DNA of 63,119 nucleotides, filler included, from Bigelowiella natans CCMP2755 (Eukaryota; Protista; Cercozoa), in assembly GCA_000320545.1 (NCBI GenBank). It is 4 parts of 4 records of this genome, joined end to end, with 100 filler letters (N's around TTAATTAATTAA, not from the genome) between each part and the next. Parts side by side here need not be neighbours in the genome. Positions count along the whole stretch, not along the records: positions 1 to 28,474 come from ADNK01000393.1; positions 28,575 to 41,255 come from ADNK01002835.1; 2 more parts are not named here. The stretch is one strand, 5' to 3'. Position numbers and translations under genes: made by a program. How positions within the stretch are numbered: the first letter of the stretch is position 1; each line of letters starts with the position of its first letter. The notes beneath the pieces were generated by a model. The model was given only the letters and a program-made list of their open reading frames with translations, did not search any database and had not been told where the DNA came from. This document shows positions 13,819 to 34,390 of this stretch, in pieces.

Positions 13819-14776
13819 CTACATGCGCTGCCGATGACTCTTGCTCGCCTTGATTCTTCTCAGGGCCCTCAGGAGCGTATCAAGCTCGCCACGGTACCTT
13901 CGAATGTTTGCATCCTTAGCTGCCAGTTGCCGTTCGAACCTCTCTCTTTCCTCAATCAACCGGTTATGTTCTTTCTCAACCATCTGCTGCAGGCTGTCCT
14001 CCCGAGCCTTCTGCACGTCCTCGATGCTGTGTAGGCGGTCTTGTAGGGCTTGGAACCGCCTCACAATTGGCTCTGTACGATAGCGAGCGACCTCTCTCTG
14101 CAGCTTGTGGGCCCTCTCTGTCGCCGCCGCGGCTTTCTCAATCTCGCGAAGCTTTCTCTCTTCGCACTCGTCGACCCTCCTGCGTAAGTTTTCCGCCAAG
14201 GAGCTCGCACGCTCGCGGGCCTTCTCTACCTCGGCAGCCTCCAACTTTATTTTCTTCATTTTGCTTTCGAAGCCCGCTGCCTGTTCCTTCATCTCATTCC
14301 GGAGGGCCTTCTTTTCGAACTTCAAATCCTCTATTTCTCTCCTGAGGGGGAGAGTATGACTATTTTCCTCACCGCCCCCCCCTCCTCCTTCTCCTCCTTT
14401 TGTTCGCTGCGATTTTGCTCCGCTGCTTGCCGAAGAAGCGTTCCGATGATGACCGCTGGAAGAAGAAGAACGATTTGAGTAGTCCTGGTGATGATGGTGA
14501 GGGTCGTCATGATCACGTCCTTCAAGATTGCTATAGTACTGAGAGATTGCTGGCGGTGGGCGCCTTGCTTTCAGCTTTCGGATTTCCTCTTCAAGCTGCC
14601 TGACCTCACTACACTTTTCCTCGTTTGACTGTACAAGGGTCCTCACCTGCCGGCGCAGGCGAGAGGCGGCGGCGATCTCTTTGGACATGCTACTTTTTTC
14701 TTTCCGGGAGCTGGACACGCTCTCCTCCATTTCCTAGATGTTGTCGTTGCGCGCAGACCAGGAGATATTTATATCC

Positions 14777-14808
<32 letters not shown>

Positions 14809-15328
14809 CGTCGCTATCGTCATCGACGTCATGCTGCCATCATGCTGCTGCCGTTGCCACTACACTACTTCTACCTTTAAATTCCCCTCCGCCGATTTCG
14901 CCTTTTGTTTCCATTTGACGACCGCCTGGATCTCTCTTTCCAGTTGCGCCTTGAGTAGCAGGCGCGCAACCGACGACGACGGCGAAAATCAGCACAACAA
15001 TGTGTAAGGCTTTCGCAGGAGGAGAACAACGTGGATGTTTCTGCTTGCAACCTACGAACATATCAGGCCTACGCACAACAGAAACAGCTACCTTGAGCTC
15101 TTCTATTTCCACGCAGTACTTTTCGCTCGCCTCGCGAAGCGCCGACCCTTTGGCACGAAGCAGCTCGGTCTTGAGCACTTCGTTTTCCTTCCTCACCCCT
15201 CCTAGCTTCCTTTCCATGAAAGCCATCAGCTCCTTTTTGCCTGGTGGTAAGAATGGTTGTGAGTTGCGTGTGGGAGCTGCTATTCCCCTGAAACTGCTGG
15301 ATTATTCGTCGAAAGGCACCTGCTATTT

Positions 15329-15396
<68 letters not shown>

Positions 15397-18300
15397 TATT
15401 TATAACCCCCCCCCCCCCTCCTGTCATATCTTAATATGGTGGTTGGCCCTTTCCGAAGCAGGACTTGGAATGGCGTTCCGACAGCAAAGTGCTGATGATC
15501 TCTGTTAGTTCTACAACACGGCATTCTAGGTCGTGTTAAGGAGGAACAGAGCCTCGTCGATTCCTCCAACGGCATTTAATCGCTAACTGAACGTGCAAAC
15601 CTTTGTCTGCGTTGGCGACTTTCTTGTGCAGCTTCTGATTTTCCATATTGAGGCCGGAGATTATCGCCTCAAGGCCCGCCACTTGCTCACCACCACCCGT
15701 GATTCTCTCGTCCTGATGATCACGGGTAGGTTTTCGTTTGATTGGGAGACAGGATAGCCAATATTATACGCACAGACAAGGAAAGGTATATGCATGTTTG
15801 TGTATATAAATATATATAACATTCATATTAATCTCTGTTATATCTTTCACATATCGATCGGCCTCTAGAGTCTTTTTCATCCATTCGTTAATTGGAATCA
15901 AAACCTTCTTCTGCTTTTCTTTATTCTGTTCCTCAAGTTTCATTTCGAGCTTGGAATTTATCTTCCTCAGTTCGGAGATCTCAGCTTCTCTCGCCACCTG
16001 CATGCGCATGAAGGCAGACTTTTTTTAATAAAATATGTCCCCCCCTCCCCCGACATTTTTACATTAAAAAAAATGCGGAGAAACCAAAACACCAGAGCAC
16101 CAGTTTCAGAGCGAAATCCGCTTTGCCATCTCCCGCATGCTCGTAAGCTGAAATGGTGACCCGCAATAATTACAACCAACGCACAATTCTCAGAGACGAG
16201 GACAGTGATTATGGGCTGACCTTCGCTCCTATCACGGAGAGCGACACGTAGCTTCTTCTGCAGAGTTTCCTTCTCCGCCTTCTCCTCCATTATCTCCCTC
16301 TCCAGGTCCCTGATTTTCTGTTGAAGTAGAAAGGAGTTTGAGTTCTCGAGCCTCTTCTGGAGCTCGAGTCGTTTCTCTCTCGCCTTATCCACCTCCCCCT
16401 CGAGATCAGCTATGCGAGAAGCAAGCTTGGAATTTCTCGATTCTAAATCCAGCACTTGAGCTTGCAGCTCCGAGCCGTTCCGCTGCCTGGTTTCCTGCGC
16501 ATGATCTGTTTCAGAGGAGAGATTCTTCTTCTTCTTCTTCTTCTTCTTCTCTAGGGCGTCGCCATCGTCGTCATCATCATCATCATCATCGTCGTCGTCG
16601 GAGTTCCTATCGCCTTCTTCTTCCTCTTCTTCTTCTTCATTCTTCCCATCTCCACTTAGTAACAGACCAACATCTGTACTGAGCTGGGACACTGCAGGGT
16701 TAGCACCGTCGTCGTCACCCTCGTCCTCCTCCTTTCCCCATGGATTCTTCGGCTCCTTTTCTCTGCTGGCCCTGACAGCCGATTTGGGAAATTTGACCAC
16801 AGCGGAACGTGGTCGTTGCTTGCCCGAGGAGTTGATGTTAATTGACCGAGCAGATTCAGGCCTCCTCGCCACCCGGTTTCTGGGTGTGCTGCTATTATTC
16901 GTTTTGGGCGCTTTGCCCTTCCCTCTCTGCGAACGTGGCTGTGGAGCGACGAACTGCCGAGCGGATTTAGGCCTCGCCAGCCGGTTTCTGGGCGTCGTTT
17001 TGCTATTGGTCGTTTTGGGTGTTATTATGCTCTTCCCCTTCTTCGAACGTGGCTGTGGAGCAATGAATCTCGCACTTGCGGATCCGAACTTCTTATTTGA
17101 GGCGCCTCGCTGCTGCTGCTGCTGCTTTGTACTGGTCTTTGTTGGTTTTGCTGTTTTCCGTGCCGCGCGCGCACCTTTCGACGACGATAGGCGACTGGCG
17201 GCAAGCTTCTTCTCTTTCTGTTTCCGTTGGAAGTATGACAATCCCCCTTTTTTTTAAAAAATATATTATTTTTATTTTATTGAGATCATCGTGAAGCAAC
17301 GAATTCATACGACCAAGGATGCTCGTGGGGTGTTTCACTCGTCACCGTTGGAAAAAATATGCTGTTCTTGTTGTTTTTGGTACCTTTCGCCAGTGATGAC
17401 GATCCTTTACTGTTGTTACCTTTTTGCTTCGATTGTAGCTTCCCGTTCTTCTGTGCTCTTAACTCGTCAGCATTCGAACCACATGCTGCTGCAGCAAGCC
17501 TCTTGACTTCATCCGGAGGGTTTCCCGCCCCTGCTTCTATCGCGTAGCTGGCGAACTCATTGTAAGTTATGAATCCACCGCCATCCTTTGAAAAGGGGGG
17601 GGGAGGGTTAGAAAAGGCTTTGTTTTGAGTCGCAGGCAAAAAATAAAGCGTGCGTTCTGTTGAGCAGGTTTCATTTCATATCATACAAATATACATTAAT
17701 ACATTAATACATATATATATATATATATATATACATATATGTATATAATATTTAAAAACATAATTCGTAACTCCAACCTTGTCTATCTTCTGGTACTCTG
17801 CAACGACCGCCTTGCGATTATCAGCGTCCACCCAGTCAATATGCAATACGTTCTTCAGCTTTTTGAACCCCACACAGAATTCCTAACAACACACATTCAA
17901 TATATTCAGAGTGTAGACTGCGAATCGCCATCATTAGAAGCACATCTCGCTCACGACTGGGACTTACTTGCAGGTTAATTCTTTGGTCGCCATCGAAGTT
18001 CATCCCCCCCCAAACTCGCAGGATTCTCAGATCGAAACGGAGGAATAGAACTAATGTGGGTATCTCTTCCATCTCCAGAAGATCATCTTCTCCTTTGCCT
18101 CCTGATACTCTCGCGGCTCTGTAAGCACGCTTGACTGACGGGGCAATTACCCTCCTTACTACGCTACCAAATTCAAGCTTACGCATTAGGCCTTTTTCAA
18201 TCTGAGCCAGAGCAACAGATTTCTGGCTTTTCTGCTCTCTGAAGGCATTCTGAAGGATTTTAAGAGTCTCAGGGTCGTCTCCGGGCGGAAGTTTTGAGTC

Positions 18301-20310
18301 AAAATAATGGAAGTCAATCGACTTTATGATTTCTGTGTCCTCGAAGATCGTCAAAAGAGGAGTCTTAATATCTTTACGCTTCTTTCGGGATCTGTTTTTT
18401 AAGCTCCTTCGCAGTTCTGTAACACCATCCACAGAATCCAACGCACTTTTCGATTGCAGCTTCCCGTTCTTCTGTGCTCTTAACTCGTCAGCATTCGAAC
18501 CACATGCTGCTGCAGCAAGCCTCTTGACTTCATCCGGAGGGTTTCCCGCCCCTGCTTCTATCGCGTAGCTGGCGAACTCATTGTAAGTTATGAATCCACC
18601 GCCATCCTTTGAAAAGGGGGGGGGAGGGTTAGAAAAGGCTTTGTTTTGAGTCGCAGGCAAAAAATAAAGCGTGCGTTCTGTTGAGCAGGTTTCATTTCAT
18701 ATCATACAAATATACATTAATACATTAATACATATATATATATATATATATATACATATATGTATATAATATTTAAAAACATAATTCGTAACTCCAACCT
18801 TGTCTATCTTCTGGTACTCTGCAACGACCGCCTTGCGATTATCAGCGTCCACCCAGTCAATATGCAATACGTTCTTCAGCTTTTTGAACCCCACACAGAA
18901 TTCCTAACAACACACATTCAATATATTCAGAGTGTAGACTGCGAATCGCCATCATTAGAAGCACATCTCGCTCACGACTGGGACTTACTTGCAGGTTAAT
19001 TCTTTGGTCGCCATCGAAGTTCATCCCCCCCCAAACTCGCAGGATTCTCAGATCGAAACGGAGGAATAGAACTAATGTGGGTATCTCTTCCATCTCCAGA
19101 AGATCATCTTCTCCTTTGCCTCCTGATACTCTCGCGGCTCTGTAAGCACGCTTGACTGACGGGGCAATTACCCTCCTTACTACGCTACCAAATTCAAGCT
19201 TACGCATTAGGCCTTTTTCAATCTGAGCCAGAGCAACAGATTTCTGGCTTTTCTGCTCTCTGAAGGCATTCTGAAGGATTTTAAGAGTCTCAGGGTCGTC
19301 TCCGGGCGGAAGTTTTGAGTCAAAATAATGGAAGTCAATCGACTTTATGATTTCTGTGTCCTCGAAGATCGTCAAAAGAGGAGTCTTAATATCTTTACGC
19401 TTCTTTCGGGATCTGTTTTTTAAGCTCCTTCGCAGTTCTGTAACACCATCCACAGAATCCAACGCACTTTTACGCTTACCACGGCTAATTTTTCTCCTCC
19501 GAGCGTCATCAGTGAGTATTTTTGCATTTTCACGGCGCTCGTGCAATGCAGGCGGAGGGTCAAAGAATCCTTTGCTCAATAGATAGGAGGAAAATTCGTC
19601 GTACCTCCCGATGCCACCCCTTAACAAATAACACACTTCTCAGTCTCATATTAAGAACTTAAATGAGAGAATGGAACAAACCCATCTGCATCCAGTAGTT
19701 CAAACTCCTCCTCAATGTTTTTGCTGATGGACACGTTGTGCTTCGTGGCCAGATCAGGCATTAAAACCGCAAAATCTTCGAATACAACTTGGTTTGAAAA
19801 TCCAGACCGGTTTGCGAATGGATGATAGGCCTTTAATACCTTCAATTCATAGCTAAAAAATTCCACATAGAGTGCAAATTCTTCCAACGTGACATCATCA
19901 TGCACGCCTACCGCCGACGTTCTGCTACATCCTGATGCAGCTCGGAAGGCCCTTTGCAATGCTGGCGCAATAACCCGAAGCGTGATCGAATCGATTCGTA
20001 ATGCATCTACAAGCACCTTTTGGATTTCAGTCACGCTTAATTTTCCATTTCCACCCGCATCTCCAGTCTTGAAAGCCGATTCTAGCTTTTCTTTCGCCTT
20101 GGCATCGTCTGTCAAGGGCAAGCACTCTTCAAGCCTCTCGAAGTTTATGTGCTTTATTTGCTCCGTGTCTGGCTTGAGAGTGATGAAAGAGGGGTACACT
20201 GTCCTGCTCAGATATGGTATCGAATGAAATCAACAAAATTGAATTTGCCGGTTTCCGTCATTCTTCCCGATAAAAACGCATGCCACTTCCATTATGTACC
20301 TGGTCGGCAT
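13819..20310 (-). CDS. Large protein with three calflagin (flagellar Ca-binding protein)-like EF-hand modules, a basic repeat region and a coiled coil ending in a CEP162-like C-terminus
   Basis: FERLEECLPLTDDAKAKEKLESAFKTGDAGGNGKLSVTEI...LQRAFRAA...LEEF and KDGGGFITYNEFASYA resemble FCaBP. The C-terminal AKDANIRRYRGELDTLLRALRRI resembles CEP162 KNxEIEKFRTELDSILDVLREL. An in-frame splice (..VT-R-GLSYFQ, intron about 17247-17339) links the two halves. The start is uncertain. Confidence 0.7.
17428..19471. repeat. Near-perfect 1021-bp tandem duplication (17428-18450 and 18449-19471) within the EF-hand gene
   Basis: Sequence and ORFs repeat at an offset of 1021, with a 2-nt TT microhomology at the junction and at least one SNP (17436 T vs 18457 C). 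Confidence 0.95.
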
Positions 20311-20570
20311 TCTGCGGGGTCACGGACCGACAGGCCTCTTGGACGACCTTGTCCCGAGTCGCCGTCCTCTTCGTGGTGAAGCACCGACCTGCCTTTCCGG
20401 GTCCTCCTCTAGCTCTCTAGTTCGTGAAAGCTACAGGCCTGTAGCCGATGAACCGTTGACTCTGTTCTTCAGGCAGTAACGTGATGCATACCCGAGGCTC
20501 TCCGGAGCATCTCTGAGATATCACATTATTGCTCGAGAAAGAATCCCCGGTACTGACCGACTGCAAAGTC

Positions 20571-27352
<6,782 letters not shown>

Positions 27353-28398
27353 CTGCACTCTTCCACGGGTTGTTGTCGCAGCACAGGCTAGCAGGGGCAG
27401 ATGTGTGGCAGCAACATGCGAATGAAACATCTGGCACGTGCACGCCAATGTCACAGCGCGTGCATGGCATGCATGCTGTATGCAGCGTATTCAGTACACA
27501 TCATTATTACGATGCAAGACTAAACAACTAACGCTTAGTCTCTTTGTCTAGCTGTGCCACATGCATGCATTCTAGCATTGCACAACATGCAAGTCAAGAA
27601 GTGTGTCTAGCAGGTGTGCTTCACAATAATGAGCTAAATGTCCTACTGCTAATAAAGTCAAAGCGTGAGAATCCAGCTCAGGGGCACATGCGTCTGCACA
27701 GCTCGCGATCGCCTGATATTCTACTCAAAATGCATGCACACATCCATGCCAACTTGCTCTAGCAGAACGCAGCAACTAGAGAAGTGCATGCTGTCGCACT
27801 ACGTACACGATGCACAGCTATAATAGACACAGCAATAGCTAGCTAGACAGTGATGGCTGCTATAGCTGCGCAACCATGCTAGCATGGCTAAATGCTAGAA
27901 TGGGGCAAAGAGTTGCAAACATGCAAGCTAGCAAGGGACACGCTGCAATGACATGGTGATGCCTGCATGCAGCTAGCTGTGCACAAAGTGAGTGCATGTC
28001 ATTCGTCTAGATGTTGTGCCTGCACATCTACACATGCTAGCATGCGTGACTGAGCATGCTCATTGATCGAACATTTGTCATCAGCTAGACCCGCCTCGCG
28101 CATGTAGCATGTGCGCCATTCAAGCTAGCTAGGTTTGCAATCCAATCTAGCAATGTTGATAGCAACGTGAAGCAGCGGCTGGATCGAAGCGTTGAATTAT
28201 GACCCGAACCAAAAGCATGGCATGTGAAGTAGGAAGGGTGACCCACAACCTCGTCGCTATCCTCCAGGCGACTTAGTTTCCAAGAAGTGGTTTCCGAATA
28301 TCTTCCTTGCCATTCTTCTCTTCCATCCTCACTAGAAAGAGCGTATGCGAGCACAGACGGGGAGTGTCAACCCGTTTATTAGACTTCTAGATGTGCGG

Positions 28399-28429
<31 letters not shown>

Positions 28430-28474
28430 AGTGCGCATGGAGTCCTCCCCCCCGCCCCCCACCCCCGAACCCCG

Positions 28475-28574
28475 NNNNNNNNNNNNNNNNNNNNNNNNNN
28501 NNNNNNNNNNNNNNNNNNTTAATTAATTAANNNNNNNNNNNNNNNNNNNNNNNNNNNNNNNNNNNNNNNNNNNN
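28475..28574. other. Assembly gap with an artificial six-frame-stop linker
   Basis: 44 N + TTAATTAATTAA + 44 N. Confidence 0.95.
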
Positions 28575-28626
28575 TATGCATGCTACAACGATACATAGCT
28601 CGCTGCTGCTGCTGCTGCTGCACATT

Positions 28627-29249
28627 AGTACCACACGCGCGAGAGCCCCGTCGAGAAAAAATCGAAGCTAGCGTGCTTCTGCTGCTTGTTCTGCGAATAT
28701 TTCTCCCGTTCCAGGGCCAACCTTGAAGAACATCGTCCCGAAGATCATCGTCATTCTGTCGCTTTCACGGCAAACATGCATTTACTACTACATGATATGT
28801 GTCCATTTCTGTGCGTCTTCTTGCGTGTGCGTTTAAGAACCGCTCCTCGCGCTCTTTTTGTTCGATCCTTCGCTTCTCCTCCCGTTCCTGCATGTGACCA
28901 ACGACTACTCACATATTTGTTTTGCTACATTATCGTCATCATCATCATCATCATCGTCATCATCATCATTATCATCATCACTATCGTCGTTATCGTCGTG
29001 TGTTGGCATTTCTGTTACCTTCTCCTCTTGCTCGATCCGCCGCCGTCTCTCCCTGGCTTCCTTCTCATGCTTCTCATAGATTGCTTGCTCCTTTTCTAGT
29101 GCCTTTCGCATAGTAATGACAAGAATGCCGGAGATCGATGATGATAATGATGAAGATGATGATGATGATGATGATAATGACGAGGACGATGACGATGACG
29201 GTGACGGTGACGATGCGTATGTTTACATTTGAAGAGGTCATCATCCAAA

Positions 29250-29316
<67 letters not shown>

Positions 29317-29900
29317 TTAAGATGTAATTATTAATTTATACGTTATCCCGCAAAGTCCCAACACACCTCATGGCGCAGCTTCGACGCAATATGCTTTTGC
29401 TTATCGGATTCAATCGCCTTCAACACAGACTCAAGGAAACGCTGATTGCACAGGGACACACGCAAATGCATAATCACAACAAAATAACACGCACGCACAC
29501 ATATTCACGTGCAAATATATCTGCATACAATACTATCTCAATCTATGAAAAGGGAAGTGTATAGATTGAAGCAACCTGTGCCTCATCAAGCGACTCTTGT
29601 TTTCTATAAAACCCAAATCCGAACGTCTCCTTCCCCCCCCCAGTCATCTGAAGCAAGATCAATCAACCGCAAGAGATGAGATCCAATACCGAGCTGCTGC
29701 AGTGAAGTACTACTACTACTACTACTAGTAGTAGTAGTAGTAGGTGCTGGTAGTAGCTGGATATCAATCTCACCATTTTGTGGAAATCTTCCGATTTTTT
29801 CTTGTAGGAGCACTAAAAATAGAGAATACGACAGCCAATTCAGAGCTTATCTGTGCGTATCACTCTTCTTCATTTATTCGAGGTATATTCAATAGCATGC

Positions 29901-29941
<41 letters not shown>

Positions 29942-31252
29942 CCATACGTCCTGCGTTACGTTGACATTGATTACCACGCAGTAGTCGCTCACCTTCAAGC
30001 ACAAAATAACAATATTTCATGAAAACAGGAGATAGAAATGATGATGATGATGATGATGATAATGATACTACTAGGAAAACAAATGTGTTTAATGGATCGG
30101 AAGGAAGATAAAGAAGCGGTTCCTCAGCTCCAACACAGCAGCACAACAATAAAGCATAGCAGATCACCGTCCATCCGACTATTCGAAATGTGTTGTCCTA
30201 AGGAGAAAAGATCAAATGAATAGGCGTATCAAATAATATATCAAAGAAGGGATTCAAAATTTCTGCATTTTTCACGCACGCACGCACGCACATCATGATT
30301 ATGGTTTTGTTACTAATATAATCGTGCACATAGTTTCACGATATGGACCGAAATATCATGGTAGAGATGAAGCTGCGACCAGCCTTTCCCCTTAGCAACC
30401 CATTCCCCGCCAGATAGACTACGTGTGTAATTCGGATCATAATGGAGATGTTCTTCACGATATACATGTTTCGTTTCGAAGCTACGAAACCGAAGGCAAT
30501 ATCTCGAAACCCTTGAGATCATATTTCGTCATAATGGTAGCTCACCTGTACACCACGCAGTACATGTCGACCATCGAGTATTCGGTGCCATCAGCGTCCA
30601 TCGTTTGCTACTTTCCAACGCTGATCGATTTCCGCCACGTGATGCTAACTGTATAAGGTTATTTCAGAGTGGCGAGGAGGGATAAAGTGGGCGCTGCTCT
30701 CCACACTCCTACCCGTCTCTGTATTTCTATGTTTTCCTTCTTCCTCCAATCCAAAATTTACATCATTCCCCTCCCTGTTGTTCGTACCGTCGTCGATATT
30801 GGTCCGTTGAGCTGCTTGTAGGTGGAGTTTCCTCCCCTAATCTCACTCCTTCTCGATGGTCCCTTGCCGCCTTTTCTTTCTCTTCGAAAGAACTGCTGCT
30901 TCAAACAGCCTGAGTTCCCGTCGTTTTGTCGATTGTCTAGATATTGTGCTTCTCCGGAAGAAAAGAGGCGTGTGCGCAATCCGAGCCCAGTTTGCCTTCT
31001 CCTTGCTTGCATTTGTCTCGTTCGACAAGAGAGCTGGATTGTCGAGGGCGAGGAAGTCTCCTGAGGGTAGCGGTGTGATGGGGGGGAAAAAGTTGATTGA
31101 GGAAGTTGATGCCCAAACGGCACACGGGCATTCGAGGCATTCACAAGCAATGAATGGGAATGGGATGCGAAGACCGTATAGCGACAATAAATCACAGCAA
31201 ATATCAGCATAAAAGGGCCCGAAAAAACCATCGCGACAACAAAACACAGCAA
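28627..31252 (-). CDS. Hypothetical multi-exon protein with a possible N-terminal signal sequence and a C-terminal charged coiled coil
   Basis: Splice-compatible exons such as SKRNMYIVKNISIMIRITH-DNTFRIVGWT-VSDYCVVINVNVTQD and RKALEKEQAIYEKHEKEARERRRRIEQEEK. No family recognised and both boundaries are uncertain. Confidence 0.4.
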
Positions 31253-31484
31253 ATATCAGAAGAATCTGTTGACGCGGGCACTCACCTCCAGGGCATTTCG
31301 CCATCCGGATCATCCCGTGCCGAAGAAAGTGCTCCGGAGAGAAGAACGACTTTTTAATCGAAAGAACTTCTATATATCCTTGCGAACAATTGTCTGCAGA
31401 GTATGGTGCCATGTTTCCGACTTCAAACCAGATCGTAAGTCGTTCGAAACCCGAAAATATCCGAAAATAAATGACTCAATTTGC

Positions 31485-32757
31485 ATGGCGGCGGCACCGG
31501 CGGAAGGAGAAGGGCTCGGGTTGGAGGTGTGGGAACTGGTCTCGTCCTTTCTAGATCTGGGCAGCTTCTTCCGCTTCGCTCAGACGTCCACCTCCCTGTA
31601 AGAAATCTCCCATTGGTTGAGATGGACGGCTTTCGTTAGTCATGGGCAGGCCTTACAGCGAGGCGTTGGCGTGTTCGTTCGTATCCATCGGATTCCAATT
31701 AAAGAGGGGATGTGTTTACGTAAAGGTATCGCCGTCTGGCGTCGGACCCTAGGTCAAGGTTATGGAAGGATCGTTTCTTCGACTCGGTTGGTTTGTATGT
31801 TTTGCCATTCTGTTGCTGCTCTTAGAACCATGCTGTCATCATTCGAATTGCTTGTGCGTATAGACGAGTACGGAAACACAATGGCTAACACTCGGCTGTT
31901 TCCCCTTCAGTCCATAAAAGTGACCGTTTACCATTTATCGATCAACATCGATCACAACAGATTCCCCGCGAGCATACAGACCCTGTACCCCTCCATTTCT
32001 GCAAAAACTGGTTGGTTCGTCGTCGCAACGGCAGAGCACAACGTGACTCATGCATGTGCATGAGAAGCGGACATGATTCTCTTTCTGGAGCCGATAGTAC
32101 CAACAGACATTGAATCCTAATCACACGCAAAGCTGTGATCGAATGGCGTGAACAGTGGAACATTTCCGTCTCTGTGACTGCAACAGCTAATGACCTTTCG
32201 TCCTGTTTTGTTTGTTTTGGCCCCCTCGAAAGGAAAGAGACCGTCCTTCTCAGCGCAGGCAAAAGGGAGCACCCTGCATATCCTTCGATCCGACGGCAGC
32301 GGCGAACACGAACGCAGAGGAAAGAATACATGGCTGTTGCGCCCAGCAGCAAGCTTTCAAGGAAAAGGTATATCTGAAGTAAAAACTAACCAACATCGAG
32401 GCTGCAGCCGGCTCTACCCCCTCCCTTGAGCCTGTGCTAGTTCCTTTCTTCTCTTGTTCTTGCGATTGACACCCTGATACTTGCAGGAGACTTATGGTAT
32501 TTCTGCTTGATCAAGTTGACTCGAAAGTGAGCACGTTTTTGATGGAAGATGCTATTATGATGGAAATGCTATCATCTCTTCAAAACAAACTTTGGACGCC
32601 AGCTCACCCCCTCCTTCCCGCGTGCAGGAATCAGCGTTGCACGAGTCTATCAGTCCCGTGGCTGTCCGCAGCGCGAATGAGCTCTCGACTGGAGAGTTTA
32701 TACGTGCCTACCAGAAGAAGGTGCAGCTTCCTCCACCGTTCTGTTGAACAACAACGC

Positions 32758-32788
<31 letters not shown>

Positions 32789-33453
32789 TGTGGTGTATTT
32801 CTGAATTTGCGGTTTCGCTGACTATGGCTGTCGGATGGTTCTTGCGCGTGAAATAAGGGCACCCCCGTGCTGCTGAAAGACGCTTTCGAAGAATTCACAG
32901 GTTTTGGGAGGATCTGGTGGTGGGGTTCGGTCAATACTACCACTAACCTCATTTCATACTGCCTTGTGTGTGTGCGCGTGTGTTGCGATATGGGCCTTCG
33001 TTCGCGTTTTGTGCGTCGTCTCCTTCGCTGCTTTGCAGATTCGAAGCGCTTGTGGCGCGTGGAATCGATTTGTCGTGGTCGTTCAAGCCAAGAGCATACA
33101 GGAGATGGGGATGGTGCGCATGCAGATGAGTATGGCGGCACAGCAGAGAAATGTGGAGAGACAGGAGGCAAGAGGCTATTCCACTGCAACGCTTGGAAGT
33201 ACTTGTGATCTCTATGACATCTTCTCCCTCCCACGGAAAGCTACGCAAGTGCTGATTGTTCGCGTGTTTAGGAGGCGGAACGACGTGCTGATGACTATGG
33301 AAAACTTCCGATATTATATGAATCAGCAAGACGACGAAGATCCCCTGTAAGAGATATGTAGCGTTGTAAATGAATGCGAGGGAGGATGAGGAGTGGCATG
33401 AGAGGAAGGGAGGACGGAGATTCTGATATCTTTCCATTCACAGTGCTCCTCCT

Positions 33454-33493
<40 letters not shown>

Positions 33494-34354
33494 AATATTT
33501 TGCAGCTATTTATTCGATAACGAGGTCCCGCCTTGGTTGTCGCGTGCGGCAAGAACTCCCCGATTCTTCCAAGACGACCTTCTGGATGCACTCCGCAGCG
33601 GCGATGGTCATAAGAAAAGCTGTGACGAGAGCAGGGAAGATGGTGATAGCGCCCTCCATCGTGACCAAGGTGGCCATTGAGCAAGTGTGAAGTGATTGAT
33701 GATGATGATGCTGATGACGATGATGATGATGATGGGGAGGCTATGATGTTGATGGCGAGATGATTGTCTTTCTGTGGCAGGGAGTAGCAAGGATATTGAT
33801 GAAACCGAGCAGTCAAATGCAGACAATAGCGCCAGCTCAACGACAGGAAGGCGAAGAGCGAGGCAGCGACGGCGAAAGAACCACCACCGCGTTTTTACCG
33901 AAACAAAGTGCGCCGCTGTCTAAACTGCTGCAGCGCATATACCGCAAATTGCCATGTTGTTAAATACTTTCAGGCGAACACACACTCTCATCGACACGAG
34001 CGCCCGCACACACGTCCACATGAAACAGCCATCATTTTGAGCGGCGGCAAGCGTGGTAATAACGTACCGCCCAATGACCTCTCGCTCAGGTGGCTGCTAA
34101 TTGGCCCGAGCGGGTCCGGCACCAAATTTCACTTCGACCCACACGCCGTCGCTGCGTGGAACATGCTCACGCAGGTATGAGGCGTTGATCTCTACTAGGA
34201 AAGAAAGGATGACGAGTGTGTCTCTTGTTGTCGTAAATAACCGAACCCGGCCTCCCTGACGATGCTCCCACAGGGCAGGAAACTGTGGTTCTTTTGGTTC
34301 TGGTTGCCGTTGAGATCAGATGTTGTGTATGAGTATGTGTATGAGTATGTATAT

Positions 34355-34390
<36 letters not shown>

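Noticed and set aside
17428-19471. The 1021-bp direct repeat as LTRs or a mobile element
   Set aside because: The copies are adjacent and consist of host exons and introns, with no TE hallmarks.
28519-28530. TTAATTAATTAA recurring three times (also at 41300 and 59016) as a possible biological motif or target site
   Set aside because: It is always centred in identical 100-nt N blocks, so it is an artificial scaffolding linker. Adjacency across these gaps is therefore not guaranteed.
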